DNA of 64,000 nucleotides. Origin: Octopus vulgaris (lineage: Eukaryota). Below are positions 41,573 to 53,877 of this stretch, one piece after another. The translations under genes were made by a program, and so were the position numbers. Each line of letters opens with the position of its first letter. Within the stretch, counting starts at the first letter, position 1. The notes beneath the pieces were generated by a model. The model was not told where the DNA came from. It saw nothing but the letters and a program-made list of their open reading frames with translations, and made no database searches. The stretch is taken from assembly GCA_951406725.2 (NCBI GenBank), contig OX597831.1:27590001-27654000 (forward strand), in the 5' to 3' direction.

Positions 41573-42959
41573 TACACATTGTTAATGTCTTTGTAGGTAT
41601 GCCTATATACACAGTGATATAATATCCCAAAAATAGCAGAAATATCAAGCTAGAATGAATATTCTAATATTATTAAAATGGATTTATAGTTCCAGCTTAT
41701 AACACAAAATTTCCTCTCCATTTTCTTTGGAAAGTCTTCAGAGGACTGGTTCATGAAACAGATTCTCCTAATGGTCGATTAGATTCAATCTGATATATAA
41801 TGTGTGTGTGTGTACAACAGTTTTCTTTTAATAAATTCATGTACAATGCTTTGGTCAGCCCAGGGCTATTGTAGCAGATACTTGCCCAAGGTTCCCCACA
41901 GTAGGAATCAAACCGATGTCATGTGGTTGGGTAACAAATCTCTTACCAGACACCCATGTCTTTCCCTTTGTGTGCATGTGTTTGTATACACACACACATG
42001 CACACACACATACACACACACATATACACATACATACACACACACACACACATACACACACACACTCTCTCATCTCAGAGATCCTTGTCTTGAGATCTCG
42101 CAGGTGCTAGTGCACCTGTGCCAGCGCTGCAGAAAAACACCTGTGCAAGTGTCACGTGAAAGCACCCAGTACATTCTGTAGGGTGGTTGGGATAAGGAAG
42201 GACATCCAACCTTAGAAACCATATCAAAACAGACAACTGGAGTCTGGCGCAGTCCCTCTGGCTTGTCAGTTCTTGTCCAACTGTCTAACCCATGCCAGCA
42301 TGGAAAACGGACGTTAAATGAAGATGATGATATGTCAGGTTTCTTTCAGTTCCCATCTACTAATCCACTCACATAGCTTTGGTTGACTTTGAACCTTGCC
42401 CAAGGTACAGCAGAGTGGGATAAATCCAAGACAATGTAGTTGGAACGCTAGTTTCTTACAGAACAGCCATGCCTTTGCACATATATATACATACATGAAT
42501 ATATATATATGTATATATAAATTAAATTAGAGATAAAACCACTATTAGGCAAATCAAACAGTGAAAAACATAAACCAAAACATAGAAATAAAATCAATTA
42601 ATATAATATACAAAATATATAAAATATAAAATTCAAAATTTAAATTATTTAAATTTAAACATTTTAAATTATTAATTTATATTTATAAATTTATATATAT
42701 ATATATATATTATTTATTTTTAAAATTTATTTTTATTTATTTATTTTTTATTAAATATATATAACTATCAAAAAATATTAAAAAGTTTAATATAAGATAA
42801 AAAGTATAATATAAGATAAATAGTATATGTATATTGTGTGTGTGTGTGTATTATACATACATACACGCATATATATATCTCATACATATATACATACATA
42901 AACACATACATACATACATATATATTTGGGGCAAATATTTCATTGAAACAAATTCCTCG

Positions 42960-42996
<37 letters not shown>

Positions 42997-43078
42997 AAGG
43001 ATGAAAAGGAACACACGAGTTAATATATATGAAAAAAACAAGTCAAGATAGAAAATGCTAAAATAATTTTATAAAGAA

Positions 43079-43125
43079 CATTTCAGTACCGGTTTCAGTC
43101 ATTTGAGACCTTTTCAACTGTAACG
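43079..43125 (-). ncRNA. Type I hammerhead motif, U3:A8 variant (minus arm)
   Basis: Reverse complement reads CGTTACAG-TTGAAAA-GGTC(tcaaat)GACT-GAAA-CCGG-TA-CTGAAATG. Confidence 0.6.
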
Positions 43126-43253
43126 ATTAAATAATTAAATTTAGAAAAATTAAAAGAAAAGTTTTTTTAAAAGAATATGTGTATAGGCGCAGGATACTAA
43201 GTGGCATTTTCCAAAAACTTTTCTTTTAATTTTTCTAAATTTAATTATTTAAT

Positions 43254-43300
43254 CATTACAGTTGAAAAGGTCTCAAATGACTGAAACCGGTACTGAAATG
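43254..43300 (+). ncRNA. Type I hammerhead motif, U3:A8 variant
   Basis: CATTACAG-TTGAAAA-GGTC(tcaaat)GACT-GAAA-CCGG-TA^CTGAAATG. Stem I pairs 7/8 and stem III is the palindrome ACCGGT. Confidence 0.65.
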
Positions 43301-43690
43301 TTCTTTATAAAATTATTTTAGCATTTTCTATCTTGACTTGTTCTTTCATACATATATATGTATATGTGTATATATGTATATATATATATATAAGTGTGTG
43401 TGTGTATGTTTATGTGTCTGTGTTTGTCCCCTAGCATTGCTTGACAACCAATGCTGGTGTGTTTACCCCGTCACTAGCGGTTCAACAAAGAGACCAATAG
43501 AATAAGTACTGGGCTTACAAAGAATAAGTCCCGGGGTCGATTGCTTGACTAAAGGCGGTGCTCCAGCATGGCTGCAGTCAAATGACTGAAACAAGTAAAA
43601 GAGTAAAAGAGAGTAAAGAGTATATGTTCAAATATTAGTGGCATTTTCCAAAAACTTTTCTTTTAATTTTTCTAAATTTAATTATTTAAT

Positions 43691-43737
43691 CATTACAGTT
43701 GAAAAGGTCTCAAATGACTGAAACCGGTACTGAAATG
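43691..43737 (+). ncRNA. Type I hammerhead motif, U3:A8 variant (duplicate)
   Basis: Identical to 43254-43300. Confidence 0.65.
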
Positions 43738-43796
43738 TTCTTTATAAAAATTATTTTAGCATTTTCTATCTTGACTTGTTCTTTCATACATATATA

Positions 43797-43848
<52 letters not shown>

Positions 43849-43853
43849 TGTGT

Positions 43854-43908
<55 letters not shown>

Positions 43909-44068
43909 CATTTTGCAACATTCCTGATATGAAATCATGTGTTGAAACAGATATTGTTGTATTTTGGGATGGTCATTTTTTTTTTTTTTTTTTTGCCAAA
44001 TAACCACACACACCTTATATTTTTTCTTCACTCGTTTATTACTGTTCTTATTCTATTATTTTAACTCA

Positions 44069-44136
44069 TGTCCATTAATAACTGATGAGGATGTCTTTTA
44101 GCCCCGGCATCTGAAACTCTGAGTATTATTAGGACA
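44069..44136 (+). ncRNA. Type I hammerhead ribozyme with canonical core
   Basis: TGTCC-AT-TAATAA-CTGATGA-GGATGTC(ttttagcccc)GGCATCT-GAAA-CTCTGAG-TA^TTATTA-GGACA. All three stems pair and the cleavage triplet is GUA. Confidence 0.75.
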
Positions 44137-44354
44137 ACTGATTGTCCTATATTATATATATGTGTGTGTGTGTGTGTGTGTATGTACGTATGTATGTATG
44201 CGTGCATGTATGTGTAGGCATGTACGTGCGTATATGTATATGTGTGTGTGTGTGTATTATACATACATATATATATATATCATACATATATACATACATA
44301 AACACATACATACATACATACATACATACATACATACATACATACATACATACA

Positions 44355-44386
<32 letters not shown>

Positions 44387-44687
44387 GATATATTTGGGGC
44401 AAATATTTCATTGAAACGAATTCCTCGTAAATTAGTATAAATTATTATGGATTTTTATAAAAAAATGTTTTCCTTCTGGTATACAAACAAACGTGTTAGA
44501 CATTAAAATACGAAATCGTGGAGAATGAAGAGAATGTAAATGTAAATATTCCTATTTGTGTCATGTTGTGGTTGGTTACATCACTTCCGGTCCCCCATTT
44601 ATGACCCGGCATTCAGAGGCGTTGTCTCTGCTGTTCACGGCACACATATATTAGGCTTTAATTCACACCTTCTCTCTCTCTCTCTCT

Positions 44688-44779
44688 CTTGGACATAGAA
44701 AGGCCGATTCTATCATCTGAGATATATATATATATATATATATATCCCGGATGATAGAATCGGCCTTTCTATGTCCAAG
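44688..44779. repeat. Near-perfect 92-bp hairpin with (AT)n centre
   Basis: Perfect 30-bp arms CTTGGACATAGAAAGGCCGATTCTATCATC / GATGATAGAATCGGCCTTTCTATGTCCAAG. Confidence 0.95.
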
Positions 44780-46399
44780 CTTTTGGAATCGTCTGCTGTT
44801 CAAGATGCTGGTTCGCTTTGCGTTGTAATACCATTCAAAGCGGCGTACTGGCAGAAAGAATCGTTAGCGCATTGGACAAAATGCTTAGCGGCATTTCGTC
44901 CGTCTTCACGTTCTGACTTCAGATTCCGTCGCGGTCGACTTTGCCTTTCACCCTTTCGGAGCTGGTAAAATAAGTACCTGTCAACTATTCCCCTCACCTC
45001 AAAAATTTCAAGCCTTTTGCCTATGGCAGAAAAGATTATATAGCATTCACATCTGCGATACCTCATAGGAATATTATAAACGACCCCTGTACATCATCAG
45101 TACTTTTATCGGCTCCCGACAGGATAGAAGGCAATGTTAAACAAAAAAAAAAAAATCGTTTATTGTTGTCATCATTTACTGTTTATAACTTTCATAGACT
45201 GACCACAGTCCTAAAACGTCTTAGATTGTCTATATTTTCTCTCCAAAACAACATCACAATAGACTTCGTTTGGCAGGTGACCTTAACCAGAATTGAATAG
45301 TCAGTTGACTTGTTGATAGTTGAAATCTGCTGCGGAAAAGTATTCTACTCGTTTTGAGAGAAATTTGGCTTAGGTCGAGAACTTCACTTCGCTAACATAT
45401 GGTTCCAGTTTCTAACCCAGTGCACAGTACTTTGGGCAAGAGTCTTATATTATTATCCTTCCTATGATTCAATAATTTTGTGAGTGGAAATTTTGGAAGA
45501 TAAAAACTTCTGAAACACGCATATGTACATCTGTTATCTCTGGTTTCAGTCATTGAACTGCGGCCATACTGGGGTACTGCCTTGAGAGGTTTAGTCGAAT
45601 AAATGGGCCTTAACATTTGTTTTTTAAAGCCTGGTACTTATTCTGTCAGTCTCTTTTGTAGAACTGCTCAGTTACGGAGACTAAACAAACCAACGTTTGT
45701 TGTCAAGCGGCAGACGATGACAACTATAAACACACACACACACAACAGGCTTCTTTCAGTTTTCGTCTACCAAATCCATTCACAAGGCTTTGGACACCCC
45801 AGGATTATAGTAGAAAGATACTTGCTCAAGATGCCACGCAGTGGACCTGAACCCGGAACCATGTGGTTAGGAAGCAAACTTCAAACTACACAGTCTCGCT
45901 TGCACCTACAAAATGATGAACAGCTTTAATCGATTTTTTCCGGAGTGCCATCGGATGTCTGTACACATATTTTTATTTTTTGATGAAAGCAATGCACAGA
46001 AATCTAGACAACTTTACAGCTAAAGAAGCAAGGATTTATAAATTTACTCTTGAAAATCGAGTTCTATTTCTATTACTTCTACCGCTATTTCTATACATAT
46101 ATAAATGTCTATACTTCGCCGATAACCCAACACAGAAACGATGAGCCGGTGTTTACTAACAAAAATACCGTGTGCTATTTATTCCGACCTATTGTTGCAA
46201 TTGACTCCTGCGTCAGTCTCATCGTTGAAAATTCAGTGAATCAGCAGCGTTATCTGTTAATAATTATTCCGCTATTTACTTGATGTGACATTATAAACAC
46301 CCTATTATTTGTTTGATTAAATTACACCAATAAAAATACTATGTATTTTTTTTTATGTTTACCAGACGCTAGTAGTTCTATAAAAAAAATAAAATACTT

Positions 46400-47170
46400 G
46401 TATAATAGTGATTAACTCGCTTCTATAATACACAGAGTACTTGTCGAAGTATAATCGGGGTATATTTGCTTCCATATAGCATATGGTACTTGTTGGGGTA
46501 TAATAGAGGTATACTTGCTTCTGTAAAACATGGGGTACTTCTCGGAGTATAACAAGGGTGTACATGTTTCTGGAGTACTTGCCGGGGTATAAGTTTAGTT
46601 TACCTGCATCTATAACGCTCTGGGTACTTGTCGGGGTATAATAGAGGTTTACCTGTTTCTATAAAACGTGTGGTAGATATCAGGATATAACAGGGGTGTA
46701 CCAGCTTTTATAAAATATGGGATACTTGTCAGGTTGTCACAGGGGTATACCTGTTTTGATAGCACATGGAGCAACTGACAGGGTATAACAGGGATATACA
46801 TGTTTCTATAACGCATTGGGTACTTCTCAGTGCACAAAAGGACTATACCTATTTCTTTATTACCCACACGGGGCTAAACACAGAGGGGACAAACAAGGAC
46901 AGACATAGGTATTAAGTCGATTACATCGACCCCAGTGCGTAACTGGTACTTAATTTATCGACCCCGAAAGGATGAAAGGCAAAGTCGACCTCGGCGGAAT
47001 TTGAACTCACAACGTAACGCAGACGAAATACCGCTAAGCATTTCACCCGGCGTGCTAACGTTTCTGCCAGCTACCATCTAATATCTCGCATGAAATATTG
47101 TCTTGGTATAATAGGGGTATATTTGTGTCATTAGAACACGAGGTTCTTGTCTGGGTACAATACGGGTATA
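46400..47170. repeat. 49-bp degenerate minisatellite interrupted by a SINE (46849-47072)
   Basis: GTACTT recurs at 46437, 46486 and 46535 (period 49). Unit ~GGGGTATAACAGGGGTATACCTGTTTCTATAAAACATGGGGTACTTGTC. Confidence 0.8.
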
Positions 47171-47805
47171 GCCATTCATCGGAATTAAGAGATAGATTAT
47201 CGAGTGGATAAGAAGATCGTGTCGCAATCATGCAGTCTTGGATTTCGGTCCGACTCTTTCATCTTCGGTAATTTCGTGTTACCATAAACATCACATCTTG
47301 GAATAAAATAAATGGAAACAGATTAGATTTGGAACTTAAAAACGTTCCGTGGCTGTGTGGTAAGAAGCTTGCTTCCCAACCACATAGTTCCGTGGTATCT
47401 TGGGCAAGTGTCTTCTATTATAGCTTCAGGCCAATGAAAGACTTTTGAGTGGATTTGGTAGACAGAAACTGAAAGAAGCCCGTCGTATATATATGTGTGC
47501 GCGTGCGCGCGTGTGTGTGAATTTAGGGGGATATATCATCCGGGCGGATGCCGTGGTGGCTCTCAGTTATGTTCCAGGTTATGGCTAACCGCATTGATCA
47601 GTATTTAATGTCTATGATTACTATTAATTGTCACTCCGATTGCTTATATATATATATATATACTTTTATTTGTTTCATTGATTTGACAGCGGCCATGTTG
47701 GAGCACCACTTTTGATCGAACAAATCGACCCCAGGAGTTATTCTTTGTAAACCTAGTACTTAGTCTATCGGTAACTTTTGCCGAATCGCTAAGTTATGGG
47801 GGACC

Positions 47806-48154
47806 AACCGTATCTGGTACAAATCTCATTTAAGAAAAGTAAAAAATGCAGTTTTCAAAAAATTATTAGGAGGCAAACATACCTGGAGTAGAAAGGTCAT
47901 GTCATTTAAGAGGAAGCGAAAATCTCGTAGGGGTGTGGGTTTGGGGAGGGACAAACACAGACACACAAACATATCCACACACACATATATACGACGGGCT
48001 TCTTTTAGCTTCCGTCTACAAAATCCACTCACAAGGCTTTGGTCGGCCCGAGGCTATAGTAGAAGACTCTTACCCAAGATGTCACGCAGTGGGACTGAAC
48101 CCAGAACCATGTGGCTGTGAAGCAAGCTACTTACAACACAGCCACCACTGCACC

Positions 48155-48234
<80 letters not shown>

Positions 48235-48602
48235 TCTCCCACCACCGTTTGACAACCGGTGTTTGTGTGTTTGCGTTCCCGTAACTTAGCAGTTCGACAA
48301 AGGAGAACGATAGAATAAGTACCAGGCTTTAATAAAAAGCACTGTGGTCGATTCAATCGACTAAAAAAAAAATCTTCAGGGCGGTGCCCCAGCATGACTG
48401 TAGTCTAATGACTGGAACAAGTATAAGAACAACAAAAAAAACTATAAATCCCCGCCCCACCCCCCATACCCCCACTTCCACCCGATTTTCGCTTCCGCTT
48501 AAATGACATGACCTATCTACTCCAGGTCTGTTTGCATCCTAGTAATTTTTTGAAAACTGCATTTTTTACTTTCCTAAAATGAGATTTGTACCAGATACGG
48601 TT
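47806..48602. mobile_element. Foldback/MITE-like element with ~125-bp inverted termini enclosing SINE pieces
   Basis: AACCGTATCTGGTACAAATCTCATTT...GGAAGCGAAAATC is the reverse complement of GATTTTCGCTTCC...AAATGAGATTTGTACCAGATACGGTT. Confidence 0.75.
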
Positions 48603-49759
48603 TTTTTTCTTGTGAGTGTAAATTATGATTAGGATGATAACATTTCACAGAAAAAAATATTTGGTGGGTGGAGCTGAGGATCCCTATCTCCCCATCTCCC
48701 TATCTCCTCACCACCTCTGCTCCCTTCTAACTCTGTTTTCTCATAACCTTCTATAATTCTCAAAACATGTACCATCATCACGTGTACAAACTGTGATACG
48801 ATTTTGAGGATTTTGAAGTACATTTTGCAGCTGATATTTCTATCCATGCGCATGCATAACTGAGTGATAATTATAGGCGTTGCCGTGGCTCTGTGGTAAG
48901 AAGTTTGCTTCCCGACCATGTGGTTCTGGGTTCAGTCCCACAGTGTAGCACCTTGAGGAAGTATCTTCTACCATAGCTTCAAACCCACAAAAGCATTTTT
49001 AATGGATTTGGTAGACGGAAACTGAAAGAAATCCGTTGTATATGTGTGTGTGTGGCGGCGTTGATTGTATGTGTGTGTGTGTGTATCTGTGTTTGTCCCC
49101 CACCACCGTTTGACAACCGGTGTTTGTGTGTTTGCGTTCCCGTAATTTAGCGGTTCGGCAAAGGAGAACGATAGAATAAGTACCAGGCTTTAATAAAAAG
49201 TACTGTGGTCGATTCATTCGTCTAAAATATTCTTCAAGGCGGTGCTCCAGCATGGCCGCAGTCTTATGAGTGGAACAATTATAAAAACAAAAAAAATAAC
49301 TATAAATCCCCGCCCTGCTCATATCCCCCACCCGATTTTCGCTTCCTCTTAAATGCGTGCGTACTTGTGTGTGCGCGCGCATGTGCATGTGTGCGTGTGA
49401 CTACAGCTTGACAACAGATGTTGGTGAGTTTATGTCCTCGTGAGTTAGCGGTTCGGCAAAAGAGGCCCAATAGAATTAGTACCAGTCTGTGAAAAAATAT
49501 GTAGCGGTTACGATTCATTCGACTAAAAATAACTCAAGCTGGTGCCCTAGCATGGCCGCTGTCGAATGGCTGAAACAAGTAAAAGATAAAAAAATACCCT
49601 GAATTAAGGCAACTTATCCCATACCAGGGGTTTCAATCACAGGGTTGCGGATTATTTTGTACCGCCGCCGCACAGACAGAATAAGTTTCTAAATTTCATT
49701 TCTAATTCGCTGATTGTCGCAGTCAGCAGGGTGTTTTTGCATTGTATATATGTTATTAG

Positions 49760-50205
49760 GGTATCACAGTATTGACCAGACCATCAAATCCTATTGCACC
49801 CCACTGATCACAATGCACTTCCAATTCTGTCTTGATTAAACCATTCTTTTCTATTTCAATCCAAAATCGTTTAACCAAATCTTCTTCCCATCGTCGAGGA
49901 GACCTTCCAAGTGGCCTTTTCCGATTTCCTGGACACCACTCGGCAACCAAGCGAGTTCACCTGATGTCTGTGAACCCTAGGACGTATCTAGCCCAGCGGA
50001 ACGGCTGCTTTCGTTGATCTGCAATAACATCTTTTGGTCTGCTCCGTTCTTGAATTATCTCAAATATGCTTTCATAATAACATTCCTACCACGATCTTCC
50101 CATGGCTCTTTGCACCGTAGCCAATCGATGCTCTATCCTCTTCATAATACTCCACATCTCATCTGCGTATAAGAGCACAGGTAGGACGGTGCTATTGAAA
50201 GTCAG
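49760..50205 (-). mobile_element. RTE LINE 3' fragment
   Basis: FNSTVLPVLLYADEMWS..RLATVQRAMGRS and VAEWCPGNRKRPLGRSPRRWEEDL. Confidence 0.85.
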
Positions 50206-50269
50206 GAACATACATACATACATACATACATACATACATAGTGTACAGTTCCGTGATGTTAAGATCAAC

Positions 50270-51210
50270 AAAAAAGTATTCCATTTGGAGAGAGATAAAT
50301 ATTATTTAATAAACACAATATATGTTTTTATGTGCTACTATTAGTTTCGTGTGATGAGAGCATGCCAGACAGTATTTTTTAACACATCTGATGTCCTAGC
50401 ACAATCATCAGGCACTGCCCACATGGCATAACAAACTAAAAATGGGAAAATAGGATGAGAGAAAAAACGAGAAAGGACTAGAATGAAGTAGATATAAAAG
50501 GTGGAAGGCTAAAAAACCGGAAAACAGGGAAAAAAGCAACAAGGGACACATGGCATTAGAGTTATTCCCCTTAGACCGTAATGTATAAGGCTGAAAAGAT
50601 AGTAGCTTAGTGAGGTACAGCTGATCAATTCGGAGAGGGTGGAACTTTCCAGTTCGTCAACATGAATTTAGCCATATGCTTAGAAGCGCTAAAAATTTCG
50701 GATCTAGAATTCATCAGTGAGTTAGAGTTCTTAGATCTGAAAAGGATCTGAGTTTTTTGAGCTATGCATAGCTTCCATTTTTCTGATCCGTTAACATATG
50801 GTGTGGATTATTCGACTACTTTCCACTTTATCGTATGTGGTATGGTGTTCGACTTTATACTCCATACTTGGTTAGCTTTACTTTTATCCCTGTGTCGGAA
50901 GGAAGATATGTGATAGCACAACAATTTTTGACTTCGCTTTAACATAGTTCTTATCGGTTGTGTTACCATCCAGCGTTGCTGTAACTTCTACCTTACATAT
51001 CACGGATTTAAGAAATTCGCCCCTCATCGAGTGGACAGGTTCCTGGGTCTCTACGTTTACAACTGGGAGTGGCTGCTAGGTGTTGTTCACATGTAATGAT
51101 GCTTTTTATATTGGGGCAGCAGCTATATGATAATTTTATCGTGCGCCTGTTAAATATTTTCCTTACCTGTAATTTTCTGGAAAATGTTTCTCTGGGAGAG
51201 ACAGGTATCT
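50270..51210 (-). mobile_element. Penelope-like element 3' remnant (GIY-YIG endonuclease C-terminus plus pLTR-like tail)
   Basis: Minus-strand fragments SSFRHRDKS..IKWK..PYVNGSEKWKLCIAQKTQILFRSKNSNSLMNSRSEIFSASKHMAKFML resemble the PLE C..C..EK..I...LN.R.E....C.H motif. Followed by an HHR. Confidence 0.75.
50332..50415 (-). ncRNA. Type I hammerhead ribozyme in the Penelope 3' region
   Basis: Reverse complement reads GTGC-CTGATGA-TTGTG...CACAC-GAAA-CTAATAG-TA^GCAC. Core intact, stem I GTGC/GCAC. Confidence 0.75.
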
Positions 51211-52662
51211 TTTACTTATGTTATTTTTTTTTACAAAAGTAATCCTCTGCACTATAGGCACAAGACCTGAAATTTGAGGGAAGGAGATAGTTGATTACAT
51301 TGGCCGCTGTATTCAACTGGTACTTATTTTGTCGATCCAGAGAGGACGAAAGGCAAAGTCAAACTCGGCGGAATTTGAAGTCAGAACGTAAAGTCGGACG
51401 AAATGCCCCTAAGCATTTTGCTCGCCATGCTAACGATTCTGCCGGCTCACCACCTAACATAGATCTAATATATGACATCCGTGAGGGCGGCGAGCTGGCA
51501 GAATAGTTAGCACGCCGGGCGAAATGCTTACCGGTATTTCGTCTGCCGCTACGTATAATCGACTTAATCCGTTTGTCTGTCCTTGTTTGTCCTCTCTGTG
51601 TTTAGCCCCTTGTAGGTAGTAAAGAAATAGGTATTTTGTCTGCCGCTACGTTCTGAGTTCAAATTCCGCCGAGGTCAACTTTGCCTTTTATTTTTTCGGG
51701 GTCGATAAATTAAGTACCAGTTACACACTGGGTTCGATGTAATCGACTTAATCCCTTTGTCTGTCCTTGTTTGTACCCCCTGTGTTCAGCCCCTTGTGGG
51801 CAATAAAGAAATAAGAAACGATAGCACGTTAGGCAAAACGCTTAACTGCATTCTGTCCATCTTAACGTTCTGAGTTCAAATTCCATCGCGGTCGACTTTA
51901 CCTTTCAGGGTCGATGAAATGAGTACCAGTTAAGCATTGAGGTCGATGTAATCAGTTATACCCGCTTCCCCGAAATTGCTGGCCTTGTACCAAAATTTGA
52001 AATCAGTATTTCATGAATTTTACCATGCATTGTTTTAACAGTAGGATGAAAATTACTTCCCTTATTCGCTTGAAGATTTATTTCCCTTCAAATTCGTAAG
52101 CGGTTATTTCCCTTCAAGGCAACGGTAGCGTTATTTAGAAAATTTGTCGTATTTTGAAGCTGACTACTGACTGACGTCATGGTTATTTGAAAAATGAATT
52201 TAGAAAAAGAATATTTTGGTACGACCAGAATAGAAAATGAAATCCAATATATAAACACGAAGTCTTTATTCGTCTATTTATATTTCCAATTTGATTTTGA
52301 CCAGTCACCTAGACAACCAAGCGCCTTATAGGTGCGAAAACAATGGTCACTCTCTGACGGGCCGCAACAAGCAACCTTTTATACACACACACGCACACAC
52401 CGATGTATATCTTTATGTCTTATTTGCTTCAGTCATTGGACTGCGGCCACGCTGGGGCACTGCGTTGCAGGGTTTTAGTCGAACAAATTGACCTCGGTAC
52501 TTACTTTAAAGAGCCTGGTACTTTTTCTATCGGTTTCTTTGGCTACTAAGTCACATGGAAATAAACAAACCTACACCGGTTGTCAACCGATGATAGAGAA
52601 CAAACACAAACTCATACACACATATATAAATATTTATATATATTTATGTGTGTGTGTGAATT

Positions 52663-52752
<90 letters not shown>

Positions 52753-53354
52753 TAAGTTTCCCCCTAGCAAGTCCACTCAGAAGGCTTTGGTCGCTCCGAG
52801 GCTATAGCAGAAGACACTTGCCCAAGTTGCTACGCAGTGGGACCGAACCCGGAAGCATATGGCTAAGATACAAACTTCTTACCACACAGACACATGGTGT
52901 CATGTTTTTACCAGAACGTGGCACCATATTTATTAATAACAAGATTCAATGGATGCTTTGAGATCTTTGAAACCAGGGATTTTCTCGGATCCAATAAAAA
53001 TGTTACACGTCATTTTCTGATTTTTTTTCCTTTTCTTTTTCAATAAGCCTTTCCCGCTACCCTGCTTTCTTTCCATCTTTTTAATTTTCCATTTAGTAAA
53101 TGTTCCGAACAGTCAAAGTTTCTGGTCATCTTCCAGACAATCGTATCATTTGCCACTATTGGTAGAGACGTCATCAAACAAAAAGAACTTTGTATTGCGC
53201 TTATTTTCACGTTCACAGTTCAAATGTCGTAGACGCTGACTATTCTTTTCTTTCTCCTAGGATAGATAAAAGCGAAACTCTAGTCACGTCTTTGTTGTCG
53301 ATAAAAAGAAGTAAGAAGGAGTTTAGTTTTGTATGTTTATTTGTTATTTAATTA

Positions 53355-53877
53355 CCGCAAATCCTCGAGTATAGTCCGCCCTTGAGTATAATACGCAGGG
53401 GATTTTTAGTGGGTTGTACCTCTGAAAAACCTAAATCTTGTGTATAATACGCACCCCTTCTCTAACTTGAGTCAAGGAGGTCTATATAACGTCCTTGGTT
53501 TGTAAAAATGTATACGGTGACGTCCTTTATTATTATATGAATATATAACATAATGCAAACGTGTAGCTTTTTTGTGCATTTTGTTTGCAGAAAATAAAGA
53601 AATAACAGTAATAACAGTAATAACGTTTAATAAATATTGCTTACTGCAAGTTATGGATGATTCTTTTATGACTTCATTGCTTTCAGGCTTAGCTTAAGGT
53701 GTTTTCGCGCCCAACATCACAAAATGCGTCTGAATAAAAATTGCCGGACAGCAAACAGAGACTCGGACATTGCTTAGAAAATGGTTTTCATTTTTAACCT
53801 CGTATATAGTACGCACTAGGGATTTTGACCGTTAAATTTTGGGCGAGGAAATGCGGATTATACTCGAGGATTTACGG
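53355..53877. mobile_element. Tc1/mariner-superfamily (pogo/Tigger-like) MITE with TA target duplication
   Basis: TA|CCGCAAATCCTCGAGTATAGTCCGC ... GCGGATTATACTCGAGGATTTACGG|TA. Confidence 0.85.

Larger units (their letters stand above)
43024..43355. repeat. Palindromic AT-rich element (~140-bp arms); right arm duplicated at ~43638-43800
   Basis: ACAAGTCAAGATAGAAAATGC...AAAAGAAAAGTTTT is the reverse complement of AAAACTTTTCTTTT...GCATTTTCTATCTTGACTTGT. Confidence 0.9.

Noticed and set aside
41695-41745. Minus-strand CTGAAGA-CTTTCC..GGAGAG-GAAA hammerhead
   Set aside because: Stem II pairs but stems I and III do not, so it could be chance.
46400-46850. CRISPR-like array
   Set aside because: The whole 49-bp unit is repeated with no unique spacers, in a eukaryotic context with no cas genes. 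The same applies to 29480-30530 and 54285-54560.
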